Assembly: GCA_019057815.1 (NCBI GenBank)
Contig: JAHLWR010000012.1
Span: 1 to 64,000, forward strand
From: Candidatus Heimdallarchaeota archaeon
Lineage (GTDB): Archaea; Asgardarchaeota; Heimdallarchaeia; Heimdallarchaeales; Heimdallarchaeaceae
Length of the DNA stretch: 64,000 nt
Reading direction: 5' to 3'
Notes under the pieces: generated by a model
What the model was told of the DNA's origin: nothing
Seen by the model: the letters and a program-made list of their open reading frames with translations, nothing else
Database searches by the model: none
Shown: positions 50,796-60,552 of the stretch, piece after piece
How the letters are laid out: the number at the start of each line of letters is the position of its first letter
Numbering within the stretch: position 1 is the first letter of the stretch
Position numbers and translations under genes: made by a program

Positions 50796-51989
50796 CTAAT
50801 CTTTCATCCTATTTCTTACAGTCAGTATAGCTAGAACAAAGAACAGTAAAGCCATACCTGCTACTACTAGGAAGTCTACCCAGAGTTCTTTGAAACCCCA
50901 ACCTTTCAACATTACTCCTTCAAATAGATTGATTCCATAGGTTAGCGGAACTATTTTGGAAATAGGTTGTAACCACACAGGCAGACTATTAATTGGAACG
51001 AGCATCCCACTAAGAGCCATACTGGGTAATGCAGTTAAAGGAGCGAACTGTATAGCTTGGAGTTCATTTTCAGCGAAATTTGAAAGAAAAACTGCTAGAA
51101 AAACATGAGCTAATCCAAAAAGAAAAGCGACTAGAATAAGCATAAAGAAATTTCCACGTACTGTCGCTCCAAAAGCTACTACTCCTACAAGCAAAATCAC
51201 AGCAATCATTGAAGCAGCTATAGCTAAAAGTGATATAACATAACCTGTTAATCTTTCAGCTGTAGATAACGGTGTGGAATAAAGCCTATCTTCTGTCCCC
51301 ATTATCCTCTCTCGAGTAACTGTAAGTGTACCGATCAGAACTAGTAGAAAGGTTATAACAAAGCCCATTACAGCAGGTATACCTACATCATATCCTGTGA
51401 ATTGTGCTCCATCAAAAGCTAAAATTTGCTCTACTTCTATTCCAACATCACCAATTATTTGACTCAAAGAATCATGTATAGCACCTACAATACTTGCTCG
51501 AATAGGTGGCTTTGTAGCATCCAAATACAGTTTAATTGTAACTTGGGTAGTTATTCCTTGAGTAATATTGAAAATAGAATATGAGAAATCCTCTGGAATG
51601 TGAACAACAGCAAAATAATCGCCGTTTTCTACATTTTCTATATTCTCCTCATATATTCCATAAGTCAATTCAACTCTTTTATCGTTATCAAGAGCATTAG
51701 TGATATTCTGTCCTACATCGAGTGTGACGTTTCCAACAAAGGGTATTTCAACTGAATATCCAACATCCTGGTTATCTAGAATAATTGGAAGATTAACAAT
51801 TTCCCCACTTAAGGTTAGACCGAAAATTACCATAATAACAGCAGGAATAACCAACATCATACCCATAGTACGTCTATCTCGTCGGAACATGTTCAAAACA
51901 CGTAAAGCAACAGATAATGACCTTCGAATAGAAAAACGACTTATTTTTTCAACATTATTATTCGGCTTTTTACCATTATGCATCGACAA
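50796..51989 (-). CDS. ABC-2 type exporter permease
   Basis: RRDRRT, TRER..GT..RL..TP, LSG...P...LP.WLQ. Confidence 0.9.
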   Translation of the reverse strand: MSMHNGKKPNNNVEKISRFSIRRSLSVALRVLNMFRRDRRTMGMMLVIPAVIMVIFGLTLSGEIVNLPIILDNQDVGYSVEIPFVGNVTLDVGQNITNALDNDKRVELTYGIYEENIENVENGDYFAVVHIPEDFSYSIFNITQGITTQVTIKLYLDATKPPIRASIVGAIHDSLSQIIGDVGIEVEQILAFDGAQFTGYDVGIPAVMGFVITFLLVLIGTLTVTRERIMGTEDRLYSTPLSTAERLTGYVISLLAIAASMIAVILLVGVVAFGATVRGNFFMLILVAFLFGLAHVFLAVFLSNFAENELQAIQFAPLTALPSMALSGMLVPINSLPVWLQPISKIVPLTYGINLFEGVMLKGWGFKELWVDFLVVAGMALLFFVLAILTVRNRMKD

Positions 51990-52731
51990 TCACCCCGTTA
52001 CTTAATAGAAGGAATATTTCCTCAATGGATTCCACATTATACTTTGCTTTCAGCTCCTGCGGTGGACCTTCTTCAATAAGCTTTCCAGCTCTCATAAGAC
52101 CGATTCGATCAGCTCTTTCAGCTTCGTCCATTACGTGAGAAGTTAGGACTAGGGTTATGCCTTTTTCTTTAAGAGAATTGAAATATTCCCAAAAGAATGT
52201 TCGAAGAACAGGATCAACACCAACAGTAGCTTCATCAAAGAATAAGAGTTTTGGAGAATGTATAAGAGCGCAAGCAATACTTGTACGTCTTTTCATCCCA
52301 CCTGAAAGATTTTTTACTAGAGTTTTTCTCTTATCTTCAAGTCTTAATATCTTAAGTAATTCTGAAAAGCGTTCTTCAAATTCAGGTTTCTTCATTCGAT
52401 ATAATCGAGAGAAGAAGCGAACATTTTCTTTTAAAGTTAAATCACTATAAAGAGAATATTCTTGAGGAGCGACACCAATATAATTAGAAGTAGTTCGACG
52501 ATTTTTGGGAACAGAATAGCCAAAAACGCTTATTTCACCTGAAGTAGGATAGAGAGCTCCTATAATCATATTGAGAAGAGTGGTTTTACCTGAGCCATTT
52601 GCACCAATAAGTGCATAAATTTCACCTTTTTTGATCTTGAAATTTAATCCATCTACTGCTTTAACCTTGCCTGTTTTGTAGACTTTGACTAAATCCTTAG
52701 TTTCTATTACATAATCACTTGTTATAGACAT
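51976..52731 (-). CDS. ABC exporter ATP-binding protein
   Basis: GANGSGKT, LSGGMKRR, FDEATVGVDP. Confidence 0.93.
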   Translation of the reverse strand: MSITSDYVIETKDLVKVYKTGKVKAVDGLNFKIKKGEIYALIGANGSGKTTLLNMIIGALYPTSGEISVFGYSVPKNRRTTSNYIGVAPQEYSLYSDLTLKENVRFFSRLYRMKKPEFEERFSELLKILRLEDKRKTLVKNLSGGMKRRTSIACALIHSPKLLFFDEATVGVDPVLRTFFWEYFNSLKEKGITLVLTSHVMDEAERADRIGLMRAGKLIEEGPPQELKAKYNVESIEEIFLLLSNGVIVDA

Positions 52732-53117
52732 CTTATCATCACATCTAAGAAGTAGTAGTACAGCCAAATATAAAAATGTTTTTCATACTACTACGAAAAA
52801 GAGCAGTTTCTAAATTGTATTCTATGTGAATTGCAGGCGATTTTAGAAAATTCAATGAAAACAAATGTAACAGATATTGAAAACTTTGTACTAGAAGTAT
52901 AGGAAACATATTTTCAATTTGAGTATAAAAAATTGCTCTCTTTATATTTGACATCTATATATAGTATATAGAAAACAATGTTTGTCATATTATATGCTAA
53001 TAACCTTTGATTGAAATATTTATATATAATCAAACATAGGATGTAATTGATTCACAATCAAATATGAATATGTAATAGGAAGTAGTATTAAGATACACTA
53101 AGAAGTGAGATGATAAT

Positions 53118-54923
53118 GTGAAAAAAGCGAAATACATATCAATATTTCTTATAATCAGTTTTTTTTTATCATCAGCAAATTGTGAGGGTATAGAACCACA
53201 AGATCCATTTTTCTATCTAAATTTACTGTCACCTTATACTTGCTGTGCTAACCCTGCATTATATGGATGGGCATTGCTAATGGAAGAAGAATTGCCAAAA
53301 ATAGGGATTGGGATCGATATTAATAAACTAACTGGATGGGGAAGCATTTACTCAAGAACATGGGAATATCCAGTAGGAGAACAAGGATATCATGACTACA
53401 TTCCTACATATGAAGAAGGTGGGTTCGACATCTTCTTCGTAGGATGGTCATGGGGATTAGATTGGGATCCAACAGGATTGTTTGACACAGCTAGTATAGT
53501 TCCAGCTGGTTACAATATGTATCAATACAGTAATCCTGTTTACGATAGCGTACTTCTACAATACACTTCTGAACTTGATGTAGATGCTAGAATTCCTCTA
53601 GCCAAACAATTGCAACAGATCCTCCATGAGGATCTTCCAACAATCACCCTCATCTATCGAAGATCACTCTTTGGATTCTCTGAAACTCTTGAAGGCTATG
53701 ATAAACTGTTAATTGCAACATCCTCATTACGTGCTGAAAATTGGGATGATACAGATGATCATATCGTCAAATATGCATTACCTGTAGAATTATCTGAATA
53801 TAACACTTTCGTCCAAGAATCATATTATGATGCTCAATGGATGGCTGCTGTATATGGTAGTCTATATGCCAGAGCTCAAGATACAAGATTTATGGAACCC
53901 ATGATTGCAGATAGTATGCCTACAGTAAGTGAAGACAGCCTACAATTCAATGTTACAATTGACGCAGTTGCTAAATTCAGTAATGGAGACCCAGTACTAG
54001 CTGAAGATGTAAAATACACTTATGAACTACACATGACTCCTTCTGTAGCTTCGAGTGCATATGTTTATCTAACCTCATTCTTCGAAAGCAATGACTCTAT
54101 TGTCGTTATTGATGATACAACTATTCAATTCAACTTGAAACAGCCTTACTTCTTAGCTACATCGTTGTTCTCATACCAAATTATTGATAAATCTCTTGTT
54201 GAACCATTGTTTATTGCTCAAGGAGCTAATCTCTTCAACCTTAAACCCATAGAAACAGTTGGAGGAACAGCTTTAGTCACCTCTTGTGGTCCATTCATAC
54301 TAAGCGAATATAGTACAGTAACCAGTACTGCAACACTCGTTCCAAACCCATATTGGCATGGAATAACACCTGCATTAACTCAACTAATCTTCACCTGGAT
54401 TGCTGGTAAAGACTCAGCTATAGCTGAACTTGCCGCTGGTACAGTTGATATTGTTGACTCTCGATACTCACCAGTTCCTGATGACTATGCTGATGTTGTA
54501 GGTGTCGACGCCATATTAGTTAAAGTTCCTTGTACACAAGAAATGGCTTTGAATCTTAAAAATCCAGTTTTTGGTACTGGAGAACTCACACCTTTAGGTA
54601 CAGCTGAAGCAGCGAAAAACATTCGTAAAGCTATTAGTCATTCTGTTCCTCGTGAGAATATTTCTGAGATTCTTGGAGGTCTTGTAGCTCCCGCTTCCAA
54701 TCCAATGCCTGACGCATCAGTCGGTTTTGATGACACACTAGAACCTTATGCCTATGACATAAATCTTGCTCTTTCATACATGGAATTAGCTGGGTATCAT
54801 GTAACAAGTTCTACAACTACAACAACAACAACAAATAAGGTGCCAGTTGGAAATCATACGATTTTATTAATTAGTGTTCTAGCTCTAACGTCAGTACTAA
54901 CCATAAGAAGAAGAAAACAATAA
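53118..54923 (+). CDS. Peptide/nickel-type ABC substrate-binding protein with C-terminal anchor
   Basis: KFSNGDPV.AEDV.YT, GPF, NPYW, IRKAISH; Thr-rich linker plus TM. Confidence 0.88.
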   Translation: MKKAKYISIFLIISFFLSSANCEGIEPQDPFFYLNLLSPYTCCANPALYGWALLMEEELPKIGIGIDINKLTGWGSIYSRTWEYPVGEQGYHDYIPTYEEGGFDIFFVGWSWGLDWDPTGLFDTASIVPAGYNMYQYSNPVYDSVLLQYTSELDVDARIPLAKQLQQILHEDLPTITLIYRRSLFGFSETLEGYDKLLIATSSLRAENWDDTDDHIVKYALPVELSEYNTFVQESYYDAQWMAAVYGSLYARAQDTRFMEPMIADSMPTVSEDSLQFNVTIDAVAKFSNGDPVLAEDVKYTYELHMTPSVASSAYVYLTSFFESNDSIVVIDDTTIQFNLKQPYFLATSLFSYQIIDKSLVEPLFIAQGANLFNLKPIETVGGTALVTSCGPFILSEYSTVTSTATLVPNPYWHGITPALTQLIFTWIAGKDSAIAELAAGTVDIVDSRYSPVPDDYADVVGVDAILVKVPCTQEMALNLKNPVFGTGELTPLGTAEAAKNIRKAISHSVPRENISEILGGLVAPASNPMPDASVGFDDTLEPYAYDINLALSYMELAGYHVTSSTTTTTTTNKVPVGNHTILLISVLALTSVLTIRRRKQ

Positions 54924-54969
54924 TAATGTCTTTTTTTCTTGTTTTTTATTTTCAAATTGCTATTTTAAT

Positions 54970-55250
54970 ATGAAAGAATTTTAGATTCTTGTAGATACTG
55001 CTTATACTTAGAACTTAATTCATAAGAAAAAGGAAATTAAAGAATCATTAAGATGTAGTAATAACCTCAACTTCTATCTGTTCAACATCCTTTGTTAGGG
55101 GTAAAATCTGTTCTGACCCCCTTTCATCAATAGTATAGTCAATATCATCTTCTACATTTCTCATCGAATTATTAATCCAAGAAAGACCTAAAAATAACAA
55201 CCCTAGAAGGGCAGAAAAAGCGAATAGCTATTCCATCTTAGCATATTCAA
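54970..55250 (-). pseudogene. Diverged duplicate of the MFS gene 3' end and downstream region (~57591-57871)
   Basis: Shared blocks such as aaaatctgttctgaccc, tcaatatcatcttc and cctagaagggcagaaaaagcgaata. Confidence 0.88.
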
Positions 55251-55319
55251 CAATCTTAAGATATACACAATATTAAAAAAATGTTCGATTTTAAGTTTCA
55301 TTGCGAAGAAGGAAGAGTA

Positions 55320-55685
55320 TTAAGTCTCTAACAGTTTTATACCTTCAGTAAGTGCTCTTTTAATGAATACATTATCATATTTCATACGTTCTATTTCTTT
55401 AATAGTATATGGAAAGATATCAACAGGTATTGGTAAAATCATAAAGAAATCTTTTAGTTCAGGAATTCGATCAAAGAATCTTTCTTTATCACTATCTTCT
55501 AGAATTATGAGTACATCTGCATCACTATATAAACCATAATCTCCTCTAGCTATTGAACCAAAAAGAATTATTTCTTTAGCTCCCTTTTTTATTTGAATTT
55601 CCTTTGCTATACTTCTTAAATCAGCTATAATGCGTACTCTATTTCTGTAAGCTCTCTCTACAGAACTTAATGATCTCTTCTGCAT
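55320..55685 (-). CDS. Minimal nucleotidyltransferase (MNT) of a HEPN-MNT pair
   Basis: ILFGSIARGD...SDADVL, PVDIF; own ATG (MQKRS) at 55685. Confidence 0.88.
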   Translation of the reverse strand: MQKRSLSSVERAYRNRVRIIADLRSIAKEIQIKKGAKEIILFGSIARGDYGLYSDADVLIILEDSDKERFFDRIPELKDFFMILPIPVDIFPYTIKEIERMKYDNVFIKRALTEGIKLLET

Positions 55686-56027
55686 TTTCAACCGCCTCTT
55701 TCGCTTCTTGTTCCGTAAAGTAATCTTTTGAGCACCAACTTCAAAGCTATTTGGATATCGAGTTGGAATATAGTATTTATCAAGTTTTTTTGCTAAAAAT
55801 ATAATATTATCAGGAATTGTTAAATCAGCCTTTAGAACGCTCAAGGATCTACTTATAGCATGACTCCAACAGTCTATTTTGAAATGAAGACATAAAGCTT
55901 TTATTCCCATTTCACTTGATTGTTGTGCTAGAAAACAAACACCATCAAAGAAGTTGCCTTTTAAACTCCATCTTGCTTGCTCTAGAATATGTTCAGCTTG
56001 AGCAAACCAATCTTTTGATCTATCCAT
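55639..56027 (-). CDS. HEPN domain protein; a 1-bp deletion near 55730 creates an apparent fusion to MNT
   Basis: W..QA...L..A, CFLAQQ..E..IKAL, WSH, YIPTRYPN; restoring one C gives GAPKDYFTEQEAKEAVENAEEIIKFCRESLQK*. Confidence 0.85.
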
Positions 56028-56382
56028 TATTATCTATGTTACCTATGAATCTATCTTATATAAATTTGGTTGATTTTAATCCTTATTTCGAGAAATCAAG
56101 GTTCTTTCTGTTAATGTTGGGGTATCTTCTTTTTAGTAATAATTGCTCAATAATTGAAGAGGATATTACTGATAAGATAAATAATGTCCTTGAATCTTCT
56201 GGTTATAAATAGGATAGCGATAGATGTCAATAAGTTATTTACCAAAGGAAAACAGTGTATTCACATATTACAACTAGTTCCACTGTTACCCAGACATTAG
56301 GTTAAACTCGCTTAAAGTAATAATCTTTACTATTTACTCTTCTTCTAAACACGAATAAAGCTGTAATAAGAGAAATTAGAAG

Positions 56383-56455
56383 TTATCACTATCTTCTAGA
56401 ATTATGAGTACATCTGCATCACTATATAAACCATAATCTCCTCTAGCTATTGAAC
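56383..56455 (-). repeat. Exact 73-bp copy of the MNT active-site coding segment (55486-55558)
   Basis: ttatcactatcttctagaattatgagtacatctgcatcactatataaaccataatctcctctagctattgaac is identical at both sites. Confidence 0.95.
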
Positions 56456-56485
56456 TTCTCCACATCTCAATCAAATATTTTCTTA

Positions 56486-57109
56486 TCATTTCGTATGATA
56501 TATCAAAAGCATAATTGCAATTATTACGATATAACAATAGTAGTTAAATAGAAACAGTCTTTGCCAAAGACCTGATCTTTTGAATTTAGGTTTTTTAGTT
56601 CGGAGAAACAAAAAGAAGAAAATGATTCCTGCAATTTGAGTAATTATTGAAATGATGAGCATCCAATTCACCATAGCGGTAACTAGAACAGATGGTAAAA
56701 TGAGTAGAGCTAAATATCCCAACCCACCAAATATTCCATGAATCTTACATGATGTACTTTCTTCATGACCTTTTGGATCTGCGGGATACAGCCCTGATAC
56801 CACACCAGCTCCAATCCCAAAAATCGCTATTAAACTCGCTCCAGCAATACTAATTCCCCTTGATCCCAAGAAGAAGGAATCTAAAGCAAAACCACAACTA
56901 AAAATGATAAAAGAAATCCCCCAAAAAATTCACCAGAATGTGAAAATGCTGGTGAAAGGGCTTTTTTTACAACCAAGCTTGCTCATAGTATCTTCAATAT
57001 GACTATAATTTGGATAAAAAGAACCCAAAATAAAAGTAATTAAGAAGTCTCCTAAACACGCAAGAATACCCAAAGATGCAGCAATTGAAATAAAAATATC
57101 AGAACCCAT
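56486..57109 (-). pseudogene. DUF998-like membrane protein with an in-frame TGA at 56930-56932
   Basis: YPNYSH...TMSKLG...SP, P.DP, H...G..G, GLWQR; one stop in TGG-TGA, and the frame continues. Confidence 0.75.
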
Positions 57110-57259
57110 TCATGATTTCATTTCTGGTGTTATATTAAAGAGTTTCTTTTTTATGTTTTCAGATATTGAAGTTATATTGATTTCAGATGCTTACATGCTA
57201 ATTTTTCCCCATTTTTCCCACATTTCTGTTAGATTTTTATAGGTAAGTCTAATATAAGT

Positions 57260-57545
57260 ACTGTCTTAAGCCAATGGCTTTAGACAAAGTAGAGTCATCT
57301 GCTTACACCCGGAGCTGGAGTGAGAGCCTAAGGTTCTCAATAACATAGTCTTCAGTAATGAGTCCCGGAGAGGAGATGAACCCTCTCACCTCCGCTAACA
57401 CTGTGTGTTGGAGGTGTAATCCCAGAGCTTGAAGCTCCCCCTACGCTACTGCTTGATGCGATGCGACCTTAAACGTTCTTGGGTTGGGAAGAGTCCTCAA
57501 AATTATTCGTCACTACCCTTAAGTGGGTAAAGTGGGAAAAATAAC
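57260..57545. ncRNA. Candidate structured non-coding RNA, family unidentified
   Basis: GC-rich non-coding island with consecutive hairpins; TATA-like TTTTATA at ~57235 on the + strand. Confidence 0.5.
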
Positions 57546-57572
57546 TCATGTATAACAATGCATAATGGTCTA

Positions 57573-57587
57573 GTCAACAGATAGTTT
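57573..57587 (+). repeat. Short copy of the element end motif
   Basis: gtcaacagatagttt; the following sequence resembles the 26886 copy. Confidence 0.65.
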
Positions 57588-57666
57588 CATTATGAAGAAA
57601 ATCAGATTCCTGTAGATGCCACTTATGTTTAGAACTTAGATCATAAGAAAAAGGGAATTAAAAGTA

Positions 57667-59013
57667 TTATTCAGATGTTGGAATAACCTCAGCTTCTTTC
57701 TTTTCAACATCCTTTGTAGAGGGCAAAATCTGTTCTGACCCGCCTTCATCTATAGTATAATCAATATCATCTTCAACTTTTCTCATCGAAGTATTAATCC
57801 AAAAAAGACCAAGGAATAGCAATCCTAGAAGGGCAGAAAAAGCGAATAAATACTCCATCTTAACATATTCAGCTATGAAACCTGATAATAACATCCCTGC
57901 TGGTGCTGTAAATTGAGCTATAGTTAGTCTAACAGACATAACTCTGCCTAATTTGTCTTTTGGAACTATTGTTTGCCAGATTGTTTGGCTGGATATGTTT
58001 GCAACAGGGTTGGAAACTCCGACAACTAGCATTCCTAAACCCATAAACCAAAAAAGACCATTAGGGGTCAAAGATGCGATTAAGGATCCTATAAACATGA
58101 AAAGAATACCGATTGCTACACCATTTACCTTTTTCTTGAAACCTTTCCATATTGTAAGTAATAACGATCCAGCTATTGTTCCAACGTTTAAGAAAATAAA
58201 GACAAAAGCTAGATTTGTTTCATCCCCTCCATGAGTAGAATAGACAAACAAGTTAATCAGTGTAAACATTGGCATGATAAAGAAGTTTGCAGCTGTGAAT
58301 GAACCTAAGAGTGGTAAAAGACCCTTCTTTTTGCGAATGAATTGAACTCCTTCTTTCATCTCGGATATAAAAGATGTTTTTTCTATTTTTTCTTTTGTCT
58401 GTTTTACAACTTTTGGTATAGTTATGAAAACTAATGGAATAATGGCAGCTCCGAATGTTATTGGCTCGATCAACATAATTAGATGAATGGGTATTGTAGC
58501 GTATAGGAAAGCTGCAGTAACTGGACCAACCACAAAAACAGCACTTATAAAAAGAAATTGAAAGCTGTTCATACGGTTTAGATGCTTTTTTGGTACCATT
58601 ATTGGGATTATTGTTTGAAGAGCTGGTTGCTGGAATGCTTGAAACGCACCTCTAATAGCAATGAAGAATAGCAATAAACCTACACCAACTTTGTCGAATT
58701 TGAAAAGAAATAGAAGAACAACAGTTACAGCAGCTTGCATGAAATCTACAAAACCAATTAAAAATTTCAGATTAAGACGATCTATTAAGACTCCAGCGAT
58801 TGGAGTAAGTAAAACTGTTGGAATAAAACCGATGAACAAAGATAAAGATAATAACATAGGACTTTCAGTTTCGACTGTGATCCACCAAGCTATTACAAAT
58901 TGAATAATACTCGAACCAAAAAGTGAAACTAATTGTCCAGAAAAGAAGAACAAATATCCCTTAAGGTTTGAAGTTTCTTCTGTATGATTATTGGAATTTT
59001 CTAGCATTAACAA
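57667..59013 (-). CDS. MFS transporter (MefA/DHA3-like)
   Basis: GQLVSLFGSSI.QF...WWIT..T.S, AGVLIDR, FQ.PA, ~12 TM. Confidence 0.9.
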   Translation of the reverse strand: MLMLENSNNHTEETSNLKGYLFFFSGQLVSLFGSSIIQFVIAWWITVETESPMLLSLSLFIGFIPTVLLTPIAGVLIDRLNLKFLIGFVDFMQAAVTVVLLFLFKFDKVGVGLLLFFIAIRGAFQAFQQPALQTIIPIMVPKKHLNRMNSFQFLFISAVFVVGPVTAAFLYATIPIHLIMLIEPITFGAAIIPLVFITIPKVVKQTKEKIEKTSFISEMKEGVQFIRKKKGLLPLLGSFTAANFFIMPMFTLINLFVYSTHGGDETNLAFVFIFLNVGTIAGSLLLTIWKGFKKKVNGVAIGILFMFIGSLIASLTPNGLFWFMGLGMLVVGVSNPVANISSQTIWQTIVPKDKLGRVMSVRLTIAQFTAPAGMLLSGFIAEYVKMEYLFAFSALLGLLFLGLFWINTSMRKVEDDIDYTIDEGGSEQILPSTKDVEKKEAEVIPTSE

Positions 59014-59132
59014 ACACCGGTTAATATTCTACAACTATAGAGAATACCATCTACAAAGATATATAAATGTTTCGACATCCTTAGCAACAGACTTATATGT
59101 TGTACACGAAAACATAATAATCAAGGAATGAA

Positions 59133-59834
59133 ATGGTGGGAAAATTGGAGTATCATGATTCAATTATTTATGAAGAGGAAACAATAAAAATACTGAAAGA
59201 TGCAAAGTACTTGGAATTATTAAATGATGCGAAGTATTCACCGATTTTTATAGCTCTCCGTAAAGGTCCATTAACCATTAAAGAACTGGAAACGGAGTAT
59301 AATTCAATCGTTAGAAAAGACATAAAGAAAATGAACCTTGAAGATTCTGAGAAAAAAGAATTACAAGAAAAAATGTTCAGGAAAGACAAAACGCTTTACA
59401 AATACATGAGCAAACTACGAAAAAGTGGTTTAATCGTTGAAGCAGGGAAAAGATTTAAAGTTGGTCAGACAGCCGCAGAGACGCTTTTTGGGCGTGCAGC
59501 AAAATTATACCTTATGGATGACAAATCTGAAAGAACGTTCTCTATGGATGAAGATAAGAAGTATCTCTCGTTTTTTGCTAAACTTATTAGCTTAATCAAT
59601 GATAGTTCAAAGGTTTCTGTGGGTTGTTTAGCAGAAGTTATGACTAACTTTCTTACACAGATTTCTGAGGAAACAGAGAAAATATTTAAGACATATTCCA
59701 AAGAAATAACAGAATTTGCATCAGACATGTCTTTTTCAGATATATACAAAACACTAAAGGGACTAAATATGTTCCTTTTTATACGAAATGCTTCTAATTT
59801 TGAAGAAATGCTTGAAAAATGTATTAAAAAATAA
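59133..59834 (+). CDS. Winged-HTH regulator-like hypothetical protein
   Basis: LRKGPLTIKEL...KTLYKYMSKL...GLI..AG...FGRAAK; divergent from the MFS gene. Confidence 0.7.
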   Translation: MVGKLEYHDSIIYEEETIKILKDAKYLELLNDAKYSPIFIALRKGPLTIKELETEYNSIVRKDIKKMNLEDSEKKELQEKMFRKDKTLYKYMSKLRKSGLIVEAGKRFKVGQTAAETLFGRAAKLYLMDDKSERTFSMDEDKKYLSFFAKLISLINDSSKVSVGCLAEVMTNFLTQISEETEKIFKTYSKEITEFASDMSFSDIYKTLKGLNMFLFIRNASNFEEMLEKCIKK

Positions 59835-59901
59835 GTTTAGTTAGAATTTTGAAAAATATGAAAGATTATAAATTAGTTATAAAATACTTAACTAGATAAG
59901 A

Positions 59902-60465
59902 ATGGACCTTTTTTCCAGAATCGCCAACCGATACGAGAATATAGTTGGATCTTTTGATTATGAGAAGCTTAGAGATTTCTTTCCTATAAATTCCGAAGAT
60001 ATAATTTTAGATCTTGGTGGCGGTACAGGTCGCGTATCTATATTTCTTAAAGAAGAAGCTAATGACTGTTTAATTTTTGATAGGTCTTTTGAAATGCTTC
60101 AACAGACTAGAAAGCATAGAAACGATTTCCTACTCGTTCAAGGAAAAAGTGAATCATTGCCTTTTCGAAAGAACACTTTTGGTCAGATATTTATTAACGA
60201 TACTTTGCACCATGTACAAAATCAAGAAAAAACTTTGAATGAATGTAACGCTATTCTCTTAAAACAGGGTCAACTGATTATTAGAGAGTTTGATAGAAAA
60301 TATTTTTGGAATTTATTATTAATCCTTTTTGAAAAGATAATGCGTTTTAAAAGCAAATTTTATTCACCAAAAGAATTGCAAAAATTGTGTGAAGAACTTA
60401 ACTTAGAAGTTTATTATAGGAGACCTAGTAAGGCTACATTTGTTTTGGTAGGTCAGAAGAAGTAG
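59902..60465 (+). CDS. Class I SAM-dependent methyltransferase
   Basis: ILDLGGGTG, LPF, DTLHH. Confidence 0.9.
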   Translation: MDLFSRIANRYENIVGSFDYEKLRDFFPINSEDIILDLGGGTGRVSIFLKEEANDCLIFDRSFEMLQQTRKHRNDFLLVQGKSESLPFRKNTFGQIFINDTLHHVQNQEKTLNECNAILLKQGQLIIREFDRKYFWNLLLILFEKIMRFKSKFYSPKELQKLCEELNLEVYYRRPSKATFVLVGQKK

Positions 60466-60552
60466 ATAAGCATCAGATCTTAAACACGTAGTATTTTTAT
60501 AAAGTAAAAAAAGAAAAACGAAGAAAGAAATCACAAATAAGAAGTGTAACAA

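Noticed and set aside
55320-56027. Genuine HEPN-MNT fusion protein of 235 aa
   Set aside because: Restoring one base gives a normal HEPN C-terminus and stop, and MNT has its own ATG, so the fusion results from a frameshift.
56930-56932. Selenocysteine or stop-codon recoding in the DUF998-like gene
   Set aside because: The TGA is in a TGG-TGA hydrophobic context best explained as a Trp nonsense change; there is no redox motif, and other genes here use TGA as stop.
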